Positions 1-11,495 of a stretch of DNA of 64,000 nucleotides are shown here, piece after piece. The position numbers were made by a program, and so were the translations under genes. The stretch is from NCBI GenBank assembly GCA_020536535.1, contig JAHLWZ010000815.1, positions 53,099 through 117,098 of the forward strand. The letters run 5' to 3'. The notes beneath the pieces are model-generated. The model saw only the letters and a program-made list of their open reading frames with translations, was not told the origin of the DNA and searched no databases. The stretch comes from Pelomyxa schiedti. Lineage: Eukaryota > Protista > Evosea. How positions within the stretch are numbered: position 1 is the stretch's first letter; every line of letters starts with the position of its first letter.

Positions 1-904
1 AATCCATCGACATCGTCATCGTCATCATCAAAGAGTTTGTCTTTCGGTGGTGGTGACACAGACGTAGTCAATTTATTGTATGATGTTACAGCTCCTTCGT
101 CTTTAATTGAAGTTTCCACCTGGGTAGTACTTGCTGAAAGAGAACTCGTGGTGTTGCGTTTTGCGTTGCTGTGTGATATATCTGCACCAAAGAGTGGTGG
201 TGATGGTGTTAGTGTTGGTGCAACAACTGGTTTTTCAGAACTGGGACCTAAGAAAAGAAGTGAGTTGAGTACTTAAAATAGGTTAGTACTTGGTGAAGCG
301 GACTGTGTTAACCTCGATGTGCGCTTACTCCCAATAAATTTGGACAGAATCCCACCCCCATAGGAGGTAGAAGACCTCCCAGGAGATCCCGGCACAGTAA
401 TGCCAGGTGGGGATGGCGTTCTCTCCAGTATTCCCAGAGGAGTTTTCATAAATACCACAGGTTCATTCACTACAAGAGGATAGTTACTATAGAAGACGAT
501 TGACCCATTTATGATAAATTCCCATTGCAGAAAAGGAAACAAACCGACGCCACAGATGTACAGTTCAATGAAGCAAGCCTTGGGTCCCTGATTGCCCACC
601 AACTGTGGCCCAAAGTGACGCCTCAGAAGCCGCTCCCAAACATCAACCGCGTCGCACACTTCACGTAACACCTTGCTCGTCATTGATAACCTCACAACCT
701 CTTGCTTTTGTGTAAACAAATAACATCATTCGTGATATTACCACCAACAACAACAACAACAACAACAATAACAACAACAACTAGCAGACATTGCCACACA
801 CGAAACAGGAAAAACAAAAAAAAAAAGACCTTACCTTTGAAATCAAGAAATGGCACAAATGATGCCGCTACGCGCTTGACGCTTTCATCGTCAAGTGCAT
901 TCAT
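1..904 (-). CDS. F-box domain protein, multi-exon, runs off the window start
   Basis: Exon 904-835 (MNALDDESVKRVAASFVPFLDFK) splices via GT..AG to EVVRLSMTSKVLREVCDAVDVWERLLRRHF, an F-box pattern. A S/T/P-rich region follows. Confidence 0.65.
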
Positions 905-1175
905 CAAAGTTGTGTTGTTACAGTGATCTACACAGACCACCAATCAGTGTAAAAACTACTGGGGGAAAAAAAAGAACAGAAAAGACAAATAGATGAGAAG
1001 GAAATCTGTTGTCTAGTAGGGCAGAAAATTTTGATTGTGATGGCCCGATTTTTGGTGGCGAAATGGGTGTTTGGTTCGTTAGTGTTATGGATTGGTATGT
1101 GTTATGATAGTCGCGTGGTTGTGCTTTTGTTACTGGTAGCGTGATCTCAGTCTGATCAAGTCAAACCAAACCAAA

Positions 1176-4100
1176 TCAAGACTTCTTTCCAATCAGGGCA
1201 AAGAGGTCGTCAGTGTCGTCATCATCGCCACCAAATAGGCTCGTGCTCGTGTTCTTCTTTGCCGGCGCCGACGTTGTGGATTTAGTTGGTGCTGTTGTTG
1301 ATGATGATGATGATGTTGATGGTGGTGGTGTTGTCTTCTTCTGCGATGTTGATGACGAAGAAGGTGAGAGGAAGTCCGCACCATCGTCCTCATCGCCCTC
1401 GTCAAACAGTGAGGATGATGATGACTTCTTGGCGGCCTTGGTTGTTGATGATGATGAAGATGATGATGAAGAGGATGAGGTGGGGGGTGTGGCCGCGGGG
1501 GTGCGGGTGGGTTCAGGCTGGGCCTGCTTCTTGGCAGCCGGCTGTGTTGGTTGTGACGGGAGGGGGCTGTTGAGGATGGCGAAGAGGGGGTCCTCCGCCA
1601 CCGGTGTGGTTTTTGTGGATGACTTGGCCGCGGCCGCCCTCTCGGCCTTTTCCCTCTCCCTCTCCCGTTCCCTTTCCTTCTCCTTCTCGGCCGCTGCTCT
1701 CTCGGCCGCTGCCTTCTTCTCGGCCGCGAGCTTGTCCGCTGCCGCCTTCTCGGCTGCGGCTGCGGCCTTCCTTTCGGCCGCTTCGGCCGCGGCCTTCTCG
1801 GCGGCCCTCCTTTCCGCCGCGGCCAGCTTTTCGGCGGCGGCGGCTTTCTCGGCTGCCTTGGCTTTTTCAGCTGACGCAGACGCTTTGGGTTCGGGAACTG
1901 GGGGCTCTATAATCACGTCTTCGGCATCACTGCCGTCCTGTAACAGCAAGAGTTAGAGACGTGATGCTTGCGTTGGGGAGAACACACATGGCTCGGTGGT
2001 TGTGGTATTTTGTTTGTTTCTTCTTCCTCCTCCTCAGCGGCTTCTTCTTCGTCGTCCCATTTTTCTTTTCAATCTAAGAAACGCAAAAGTGGAAAAGGAA
2101 ATTTAAGGATACCTTCTGCCCCATCTTTCTCGGCTGTGTCTTCACCATCACCTTTCCCATCTTCCTCACCACCTTCCTCTGCCCCTTCCTCTCCTTCAGC
2201 TTCAGCTTCGCCTTCGGCTTCTTCTCCTTCTGCTTCTGCTTCACCTTCTTCTGCCTCACCTTCATCTCCCTCTTCTTCTCCTTCAGCTTCGGCTTCTCCT
2301 TCTGCATCGGGCTCTTTTCCTCCATCAGCCTCTGCTTCAGATCCCTCTGGATCAACTTCTGCCTCGGGTTCGTTTTCTTCAGACCCCTCTGGGTCAACTT
2401 CTGCCTCGGGCTCATTTTCTTCCGAACCCTCTGCTTCTACTTCTGACCCTTCTGCGTCAGGTTCAGGTTCTTCCTCCACTTCTGCTTCAGCATCTGCAGT
2501 ATCACCTTCTTCAGGCTCCTTTCCAGAAGCTTCACTTGCCTTAGACTTGTTTGCCTTCACATCTTCTCCTGGTGCTTTGTTTTCATCTTTCACCTCAGGT
2601 ACTTTCTTAACTGGTTCTGCACTCACCACTTTTTTACTTTTTTTACTGCTACTACTGCTGCTGCTGAGGCTCTTCTTCGAGGGTTCTGGGGCAGTTACAG
2701 TTTTGGTTGTGGGGGTGGTTGTGGTAGTTGTGGATGTGGATGTAGATATTCCCGTTGACTTGACAGGCGCTAACGATGAAGTGGTAGAGGGGGGTACTTT
2801 CATTTCCACAACCGGCTACATTTTGAACAGAAATTTTCAGTCACAAGACCTAATTAGATAATGTTTACCTTTGTTTCCTTATCATCATCCGAGGCTTCAT
2901 CCATGGTGAGAGTGAAGACAAAAAAGTATGTATGCTACCTTTATCTTCCTCTTCAGAAGAGGATGAAACCAAGAAGTCATCCAGCATGTTGGAAGATGTG
3001 TCAGAGATTTTTTCCTGGATAATGGACAATACAGTACTGCCAGTGAACGTTTCTTCCGGAGCGAACTCTGCACTGAGAACTCCATCAATTGCGTCAGTCA
3101 GCTTTGTGACACATAAATAGGACAAAATTATTTGGGGATCGTACCTCCTTAATAAAACGGCGAGTCTTAACTTTCATTCTTATCTTCATCCGGGTTTTGT
3201 CTTTCTTTGTCCTGTGATGGTCAGTACAGATATTTGAGAAGGCGGATCCTTACAGAGATGCAGAGACAGGTGGCACCGCTTTTCCAGCAACTGCTGAGAG
3301 AGAAGAAACCTTCTTCTCCAACTCGTCACGCAATGTCTTCTCTTTGGCAAGTTGCTTATCACATTCCTGGAAATGTTGAGGAAAATTTTTTGGCGGACAG
3401 ACCTACCAATTTGAGGGCTTCAAGTTTCTCCAAGTTCTCATGTGTAAGATCTTCCAACCTCTGCTTCCATTTGCGATCGTTTTCTGCAATAACTCGATCC
3501 ATATCCCCGCCCTTCTTCCTGTTGGATTTAACTAAACTTTTCTGAATCCTCACAACATACAATTTCTCAATCGTTTTTTCAAGCTTATCAATTTTTTCTT
3601 GTAGTTCATCTTTCTCTTGTTGTATAGCTTTTTCAGCCTACTCAAATTGGCGTTGGATGAAACAACAAAGACCCATACTTTTTTAATTGCTGAAGCCTGC
3701 TTTGCTTTTGTAGTTTCGAGATCTTTCTCAGCTTGAGTAAGCTTTTCGGCAGTTTCTTCATATAATTTTTCAAGGTCATCTCGTTTTCCTTTAATTTTCT
3801 TGATCATCTCAGCATCTGAACAGTGGCATTAAAACCCGACATTACAAAACTCAGTTTCACCTTCTTCCGCGTGCTGTTCAGCCCTCTGGGCTTTATATTC
3901 GAGTTTTGCCTTCTCATCAGTAAGGGATTCAATCAAACCCCTTGATGTTTTTAATTGTTCCTGAAGGGTCTGAAGTTCATCTTGCTTGGCACTCAATTCT
4001 CTTTTGTTTTGTTGGAGGAAGGAAAATAGCTTTGGAGCCATACGCTTTAATTTGTTGCATTTGTGTTCCAATTTTAGAACTAGCAAGATTAGCTGCAGCC

Positions 4101-6331
4101 ATTTCAAGTTCAACTTGGGACTTGGTTTTCTACAAGTATGTTAGACATAATGAAGAAGGGTAGCTTCCAACCTGCACAACTTCAAGTTGGTTTTGAAGTC
4201 CCTGAATTTTTTCTTGAAGCTGTGCTTCTCGATTTACCATAGTGCGGGTATTTTCTTCCAGTAATCTAAAAAGAGTAAACTATTTTTGAAGTTGCAGGGT
4301 CCCACCTCTCATTTTTATCTTGCAACTCAGCAATTTTTTTCTTTAAAACATCAATGGCTTCTGTGCGATCATTGACATCTAGCCTGTGTCTCTCGTTTTC
4401 ATCCACCAGGCGTTGTAGGGTGTGAATTATCATCTGGCCACTGACGGTTCCATCTCCACTTTTTCCAGGTGGGACTGGTAAATTGATAAGAAAAGTGAAA
4501 ATTGTAAACAGCCCAAACCTTTGAATTCTTCAACTTTACGTGAGACTTCATCTAATCTGGAGAACACAACGGCCAAGTTGCTGCGCAATTCTGTGCGGAA
4601 CTCGCTCTCTTCCATAAGAGCTTGAACAGTTTCAGTTGCAGAGGAGGTGGCCTACAATATGAAAAAATGAATTGCCAAGAAAGCCCAAGAAGGTGCATAC
4701 GATAACTGGTGCTGGAGTTGGAGTTGGAGGTGCTACAGGTTGAGGTGGAAGAACATTTTGGGGTTGGATCATTGCTGGAGCCTGCATAACCGATGGAGAT
4801 TGCAGGACTGCTGATGTTGGTTGCATTATTGGTTGCGTTGGTGTGGCCATATACATTGTTGACCCGTACATATTCTGTAGGTATAAGTACACTAATACTT
4901 GCTGGGTACCATACCTGATTTGGGGACGGCGGGGTGTACAAAGCCAAAGCATTTGAAGAAGAAGTCTACATAGCTTCATAAATAATAAAGAGAAACCTAC
5001 AGAAATTCTAACCTGCGGTAGCATACTAGCTAGAGATGGTGGACTATTCATCCCCATGTTGTTCATTCCTTGCATGCCCATATTGTTCATTCCTTGCATG
5101 TTGTTCATTCCCATATTGTTCATTCCCATAGCGTTCATGCCCATGTTGTTCATTCCCATGTTGTTCATTCCCATAGCGTTCATTCCCATGTTGTTCATTC
5201 CCATGTTGTTCATGCCCATGTTGTTCATCCCCATGTTGTTCATTCCCATGTTGTTCATCCCCATGTTGTTCATTCCCATGTTATTCATGCCCATAGGATT
5301 CATGCCCATGTTTCCCATGTTGTTCATTGGCATGCCACCAGTGTTCCCCATTCGTTGTTCTGGTACACATGAGATTGGTTAGTGGTGTTGACAATCTTAC
5401 GGTCAGACTGTAAAGCAGACTCTGCAGCCACACGCTGCATTTTTTGTAGCAATACACTTCTATCTGAATTCCCAGAATCATCGTCATCTACCCTAAAAAA
5501 TAAAAATCCAGACTCTTAACCCGATTCTTGTTTGGAAAGGAAGTGTACATTCTATTTGGCATTTGTATCGATGTTGTGGATGGAGCTGTCCCTCTCTTCA
5601 GTTTTGCAACTTCAACTTCCAGTACAAGAGGGTCCTTTTTTGATCCTCGGCCTGTGGTATAATAAACAACCAACCAACATTCTACGTTGTACCATAAACA
5701 AGATGCGACGGGATAATGCAAATTCGTTTGCCACCTTTTTTCATTCCCACAATGCCTTCTGTGTATCCAGCAGCCTGGGCAAACTTAGGAAGAAAGTACT
5801 TATAAAAACCTGTACCGAATTATCTCCCAGGGTTAGCTTAAATTCATTGTTGCTGTTTGTGTTCGTTTCGGTAACTACAAGTGTGAGAAAGTCAATCTAG
5901 GTCAGGAAAAAGAAACCAGAAACTATTTTTCCATTTTCATCAACGGACCAAATAGAGAATTTAATTGCAACAGTGTCTCCAACAAGAACTCCCTTTCAAG
6001 TGGTGACAATTAAATAGGATAGGGAAGGTCAAGATCAGATACTTTGCCTGCTTTTGGCACAAGCAAATCGAGTGTTGTCACATTAGGTGAAGTGCTCCCC
6101 CAAAATTTTGCCAGGGCAACATGCATAGCAAATCTTGTTTTGTTATTAGTCGAACGCCTAATTTTTAGCCCAAAGACTCACTTCTTGCTTTCATCATCAC
6201 TCTTGAAATGTACCGACCAATTTTGCTTTGCATTATCATAGAAGTTGGCATACCCATTGTCTTGCACCTTATTATTTATTGTGGTCAATAAAGCAATACC
6301 ACTAAAACAACAAAACCCAATTTCTACTACC

Positions 6332-6389
<58 letters not shown>

Positions 6390-6756
6390 AGAAGAAGGAA
6401 GAAGAATACCGTCCACCCAAAATTAGGAACGATGTCGGCCGTACACAAATTTTGTCTGTCGGCTCTGTATAACAACAAGTGGGCTAGTGACGTCGCCGTG
6501 ACCGTTTGCTTGGTGCCCATCACGGCCACCCCGGCCTGCCCCAAGTTGTTGAAGTTGCCTCCCTCGCTGTCAAAAAAAACCATTATGGGATGAACATTCC
6601 ACTCCGCCCCAACAACTACCTCGAACAGCAGCAACAGCAACCACCACAACCACGACCACAACAACAGAGCCAGAAACAACAAGAACACAACAAAGGAGGG
6701 AAAAAGAAGGGGTACTTTTTGTGGACCGTCACCTGGCAGAACGTGAGGTACGACAT
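1176..6756 (-). CDS. FKBP15: FKBP15/WAFL-like protein: WH1-like domain, degenerate FKBP domain, coiled coil and acidic tail; many introns
   Basis: Spliced N-terminus ...GQAGVAVMG...LLLY...VQDNGYANFYDNAKQNWSVHFKSD resembles the FKBP15 WH1-like region. EFRTELRSNLAVVFSRLDEVSRKVEE, LQRLVDENE and AEFAPEETFTGSTVLSII resemble FKBP15 coiled-coil blocks. The C-terminus has LF-acidic motifs. Joining the 1176-2809 exons to this gene is inferred. Confidence 0.75.
5056..5340 (-). repeat. Coding 15-bp tandem repeat (MGMNN)n
   Basis: Repeated ccatgttgttcattc units, translating to MGMNN/MGMNA/MQGMNN inside the FKBP15-like gene. Confidence 0.95.
6335..6387. repeat. Poly(A)/poly(T) tract of 53 nt in an intron
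   Basis: Direct reading of the sequence. Confidence 0.95.
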
Positions 6757-7049
6757 CACACCAGCCCCGTGTTTTGTTTTTTCTGTTTTTTCAGCCCCAA
6801 AAAGTGGCCAGAAACTTTTCTTTTGATGAATCTATTTTTGCCACGACGATTGATAAAGCAATGGTTGTTTCCATCACAAGAAGCCTGCGATCCGGTTTGT
6901 CATCGGTGTTTGGGTATTGCCACGATGATGTTCTGGGCACCCTCTCTCTGCCCAGCAGTTCTCAGCATCCTGATCTGATCTCCCAGTCAGAACTCCCTTT
7001 CGGGGGTATTCTGTCGAACTTGTACAAGAAAAGGAAAAGTGCATTCTTC

Positions 7050-8028
7050 ATGGCCACGGGCGGGAGCGGTGCTCTGTTCGACGTTTCTCACAGCTGCTCC
7101 GTTGCAGTTGCACTCGCGATCGCGGGCGGGTTTTGCCTCTTTGGCGGGATCGTCTCGCGTCGGCCGGCGGCGATCGCGCGCCGCGTCGTCGGCGTCGCGC
7201 TGGTGGCGAACGAGGTGACGATGCACGTGAGGAAGTACCACGAGGGCACGTGGTCCCTGACGACATGCCTGCCGTTTCATTTTTGCGATTACGCGATCTG
7301 GTGCAGCGTGTACGTTCTGCTAACCAACGGGCCATCCGTTGCGCGCCGTTTACTTTTCGGTGTGCTTTTTACTTTTGTTTTTTTTATCCCCTCTAAATAG
7401 AGCATACTTCAGTTCTTCAGTCCCAATCCGTCCTTTTATTGGGACTTGCTTTTGCGTTAAAAAAACAGGTGCTTGTGCTAATCATTTTGTTACAGAATTC
7501 GTTGCGCTTGTTGGCTCCCCTCTTGCATTCCATGGTCTTTTAACTCCCACACTACAACCTGGTCCTAGTGCCGCCTTTATGAACTTCGTCGTATGTCACG
7601 GCTTGGCTTTTGCAGCTCCGTACGTAGCGTTTTCGACAGATAGCACCCTGCACCTTACATCACGCCCGACATCAAAGCTTGCAGCTTCTCTTCGTGCAAC
7701 TGCAAGGCAAATTGGCTTTGGTAATGTTTTGCTGTTACTATCCTCAGTTGTGAACGCATTGGTTCCGGGAGCAAACTACATGTTTTCCTGTCACAAGCCC
7801 AACACCGCATCCATATTTGACCTCCTAGGACCTTGGCCCATTTACCTAGTTGTCATGGAACTAGTTCTTGTACCTCATACAGCATTTGTCCACTTTGTAT
7901 TTGTGGCACTAGGAGCCCTAAGAACCAGAGTTCAGAGGTGGTTTGTCTCCCGCCACCCAACCAACAACAACAATGGTGTTACACAAGCAACACCAAATAA
8001 GAAGAAAGCACTAAAAAAAAAGCATTAA
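7050..8028 (+). CDS. YwaF / TIGR02206 / TMEM164-family integral membrane protein, one intron (about 7361-7496)
   Basis: Motifs CLPFHFCD, LLTP, CHG and GANYMFSCHKPNTASIFDLLGPWPIY, plus several hydrophobic helices. Confidence 0.8.
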
Positions 8029-8102
8029 AAACCACACAAAACACGTGAAACAGCACTCGGCGAGGAACAGACCGAAAAAGAATTCCAAATTGCCAGCTCC
8101 GT

Positions 8103-8110
8103 ACCCACAA
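8103..8110 (+). promoter_or_regulatory. DUSE-type upstream element ACCCACAA of ncRNA-1
   Basis: Matches WCCCAYAA and starts 65 nt upstream of the first G of the terminal stem (8168). A second TCCCACA follows at 8116. Confidence 0.75.
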
Positions 8111-8167
8111 TTTAGTCCCACAGAAAACTTACGCCAAAAAAAGAACGAGTTCGGGCCCTAAAACTTT

Positions 8168-8761
8168 GAGGAGTGCTTGGCCCACTTAGGTGGAGCTCAA
8201 ATGCTGTCATGGTTCCCAAACAAATCTACTCATCAATCCTGCATTTACGTGGTCCCTTGCCCCCGCAGGATTGCTTCCACATGCCCAGAGGGTCAAACCT
8301 CTGGGACGGAGGAGATCCTCAGGGGAATAACGGGGGACTCCAGTCCAGAGGGGGGCGCCCTTTGGCCTGAACTCTACTTCCGTTTTCCCAGTGTCACAAG
8401 ACGAGGTCCAGAGACTCCGGGGGCTCCGGAGAGGGACTGGACCCCCCGGGGAGGATCAGCCGCACAGGGGGCGCCTGTGGGTCCCTCCCTGACCCCCTTG
8501 GCCAACTTTTCACTAGCCCTCAGATTCGCCGGAGACCCCCACCACAGGGCCTGCGGCGGCCCAGTCTGGGGGCTAGCCGGCCAAGGGGGGCCCCGAAAGA
8601 CACACCCCATATTCTAAAATGACTAATAGGCATGTGTGCCGCTCTTGGTCTCCCCCCAATCCCCGATGGGGTTGGGAGCGAGTCCAAAAGAAAGGGCGGC
8701 ACGCAGAGCCTAGAATCCCGTGTTGTTCAATCTCCGGTACTGGTGGGTTGGGCACTCCTCA
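8168..8761 (+). ncRNA. Unidentified structured ncRNA-1 (about 594 nt), telomerase-RNA-like candidate
   Basis: 20-bp terminal stem 8167-8186/8742-8761 with 5 G-U pairs, which is strand-specific. More than 10 further internal stems. DUSE-like element upstream and T10 downstream. Intergenic, with no credible ORF. Confidence 0.85.
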
Positions 8762-8771
8762 TTTTTTTTTT
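8762..8771 (+). terminator. Oligo-T (T10) Pol III-type terminator of ncRNA-1
   Basis: T run immediately after the 3' strand of the terminal stem. Confidence 0.7.
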
Positions 8772-8854
8772 GTTGGGTGTAGTGGTATTCCGCATTGGAA
8801 CACTAGTTGGGAGAATATGTGGATTGTGAAAGTGTTGTTGGATGTAAATACGAT

Positions 8855-10505
8855 TTAGCATTCATTGGGTTCCGTTTTTGTTGTGGGAGTGTTCTCTGTT
8901 TGTGGTGTGGAGCTCGATGAGGTTGTTGTATTTGTTGTATTGGAAATTGCCAATGGCACTGATTCTAGAGGAATTGGTGCATCAGTGGATGATTCTGCTT
9001 TTATTGGTGTGTTTGTGGATGGCTCTAAAACTGTATGGACTGGTGGTGCCTGTTTCTTTCTTTGGGGAATAACGGCCTCCAGGGCCTCTGCCCATGTATG
9101 ACCATTACATTTGAGAGCCAGTATCTCAAAAACTGTTTGTTGGCTTAATTTATGTTGCATGTGGGGATACTGTTTTCTTACCGTGGTTGATGGTCAGGAC
9201 TCGCCGGGAATTCTAAAATTCATTTAAAAGAGTAAAACTACATCAGTTACAGTACTATGGTGATATGTTCATCAATTGGAAGCCTTGCTGTACGCAGCCC
9301 AAGTTTGGTTGCTGCAGAATGAGTTATCCCTTTAAGCCTATTGTGGTCAACCAAAGCTCCTGAGATTTATGAGAGACAGGGGAGTCACAGATTGAATACC
9401 GATAACAAAAATATCCTTGGGATCAATTTCATTTAAGCAAGTTGTTGACTCAGAAGTAAGGTACACAATGTGTGCAGATTCCTGTTTAAACAGCTCAATG
9501 TCCATAAAATAGCGTTTGTCTACTACAACATCCTAGTGACTATTGAGATGTGGAGAGTGCCCAAATGTACCTTCCACTGTGATAGACCAGCCACTTTGCT
9601 CCACTGTGCTTCAAGCTTTCCCGTTGTACTTGTGAACCACAATTGAAAGCGTTTGGTCATTCTTTAAGTCGGGTTAATTTTTTAAAAAAGAAAAGTGGCT
9701 CAGACTTGTTGTTAATTCCGTAGCAGAGTCCTAGTTGGTTGACTGTTCCCCGAATTTCCTTTCTTGATTGAGTTTCAAATCAGCAAATACAGAAACTCTC
9801 AGGGGATAACCTTTTCTTGTGCTAGGTTTTCAAAGCTACCATCAAATATGATTGGGCCCATCAACGTGTAATCTGCATTCAATCTTCTCCTTTTGAAGAA
9901 ACCTGGCACTGTTGGATAAAAATAAAACCATGTTAGTTACATCATCAGTAGAAACGTCAATAAGGGATGATACAAGCCACAGTAGCTGTTTCCGCACCCG
10001 GCAAAGGAGCAGCAGAAGTTTCAGTTATAGGCTGTGGTGCACTGCAACTCGCACTTGTTGTGCTAGTGCTAGCGCTGTCACCAGTATTTTCTTGTTGTGC
10101 AACTGGGTGTCGCTGCTGCTGCTGTTGCTGTTGCTGTTGCTGTTGTTGTTGCTCGTGATACAACTTCCTTTTCTCCTTTAGCTTCGCCTTGAATTTTGCG
10201 CGCTGCTCCCTTCTGTTCTCGGCAATACGAAGTTCCTTCATCTCCTTCTTTCGCCGTTTGCGTTCCGCTCGCTCCTCCGGCGTTCGTTTCGGCTTTTCGC
10301 CCTCCGCGCTTGTTGTTGTTGTTGTAGTCGTCGTCGTCGTCGTCGGCGAAGCCGATGAGGTTGCAGTTTCGCTCACGGCCACCGCTCCCGATGTCTCGCT
10401 ATCGCGTGGTTTTTGTGTCGTTGCCGAGGCCTCGTCGATCTTGGGTGGGTCTCCACTCCCCTCGCCGCGTGCGGCCTGAGCCGCTGCAGCACCATCCCCT
10501 GACAT
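8855..10505 (-). CDS. TRM10: tRNA m1G9 methyltransferase Trm10, multi-exon
   Basis: Spliced exons give [40 protein letters not shown] and [19 protein letters not shown]. Confidence 0.92.
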
Positions 10506-10695
10506 TTTCTAAGTTTTGTTTGTTGGTGAGAGAAGTAGCACGCCAGTCAGTACTCAATGTGGTATACAATTGGGGGCAAGGGCAAGGGGTCCTCTCCTGG
10601 GTCTGTGATGAGGACTGGAAGGGAGGTATTCAGGGGCCGAATTCTTCAGAAGACATCTAACAGTTTCATTGAACTGCGTTTTGATCGGTCGGGAG

Positions 10696-11463
10696 ATGGA
10701 CAGTCACGGAATGTTGGACAAGGCGTGTGAGGACTTCTCAAAGTTCGTCGTGTTCAATGAGTTGTGGAGTGACCCATCCAGCCACTACGTCGTGCAACGT
10801 GAGGCAAATTTTGACAAAGTACGTAGCCCCAGGGAAAATCGTTACTTCTGCTTCCTTGTTATGAGAGACGTTTTTGGAGTGAAAGCTTTACCACCTAATT
10901 CTTCAAGATATTGACACGGTTGGACGAGTTTCAATCTTTTGCACAAAGCCTTAGGCAGGAATCACTAAAGACCTCTGGTACATTGATTCCAGCTCTTACT
11001 GAACAAGCTAAGAGGTTACAGGTAAAAAAAAAGTCCATTCAGACCACTTATTTTTTCACTTTTTCAAATAGGAAGTGTATGCATTCATTGACAGTTTGGT
11101 TGTACAAGTGGCCAAAATGCAACAAACTGTGACACAACTTGAGGAGAGAGCAAACTTGTTATCCAATAGTCCACAATTTCGCCAGTCAGTGTGGCCATTT
11201 GCTGCCTTTCGCAGTGCTTCCCAGACAAACACAACTGTATCTTTCCTCTTTTCATAAACCAGCTTTTTACATAATACTAACCAGCAACAAAACAAACTAA
11301 CAAGGTGGAATTCCCGCACATGGAGGTTCCAAATTCTGTGGAGGCAATTGCTCAAATGAGAGCTACTTTCAAGGCAAACACGACAGTGCAACCTCCACAG
11401 GAGGAGACCCCAGTTCAGGAACCAGTTCAGGAAGAAGTTGTATCAACAAGCGAAAATGTTTAA
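10696..11463 (+). CDS. BLOC1S4: BLOC-1 subunit 4 (Cappuccino)-like, multi-exon
   Basis: ILTRLDEFQSFAQSLRQES...IPALTEQAKRLQEVYAFIDSL...V.QLEE follows the Cappuccino helical pattern. Confidence 0.7.
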
Positions 11464-11495
11464 ATAATGTGGTTGACAAAAAAAAATCTTTTCTC

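Noticed and set aside
1213-2861. Long plus-strand ORFs (247 and 297 aa)
   Set aside because: They are antisense shadows of low-complexity minus-strand exons.
5056-5340. CRISPR-like regular repeats
   Set aside because: These are contiguous coding tandem repeats with no spacers.
8168-8761. ncRNA-1 or ncRNA-2 as RNase P/MRP, SRP, U3, 7SK or spliceosomal snRNA
   Set aside because: No P4 pseudoknot pair (CR-I/CR-V) before the terminal stem, no SRP54-binding helix-8 motif, and no U3 boxes or Sm-snRNA hallmarks found by eye. A covariance search is still needed.
8173-8858. Short ORFs over the ncRNA-1 island (and 18956-19617 over ncRNA-2)
   Set aside because: They are by-products of high GC content, with no domains, and the strand-specific base pairing explains the sequence better.
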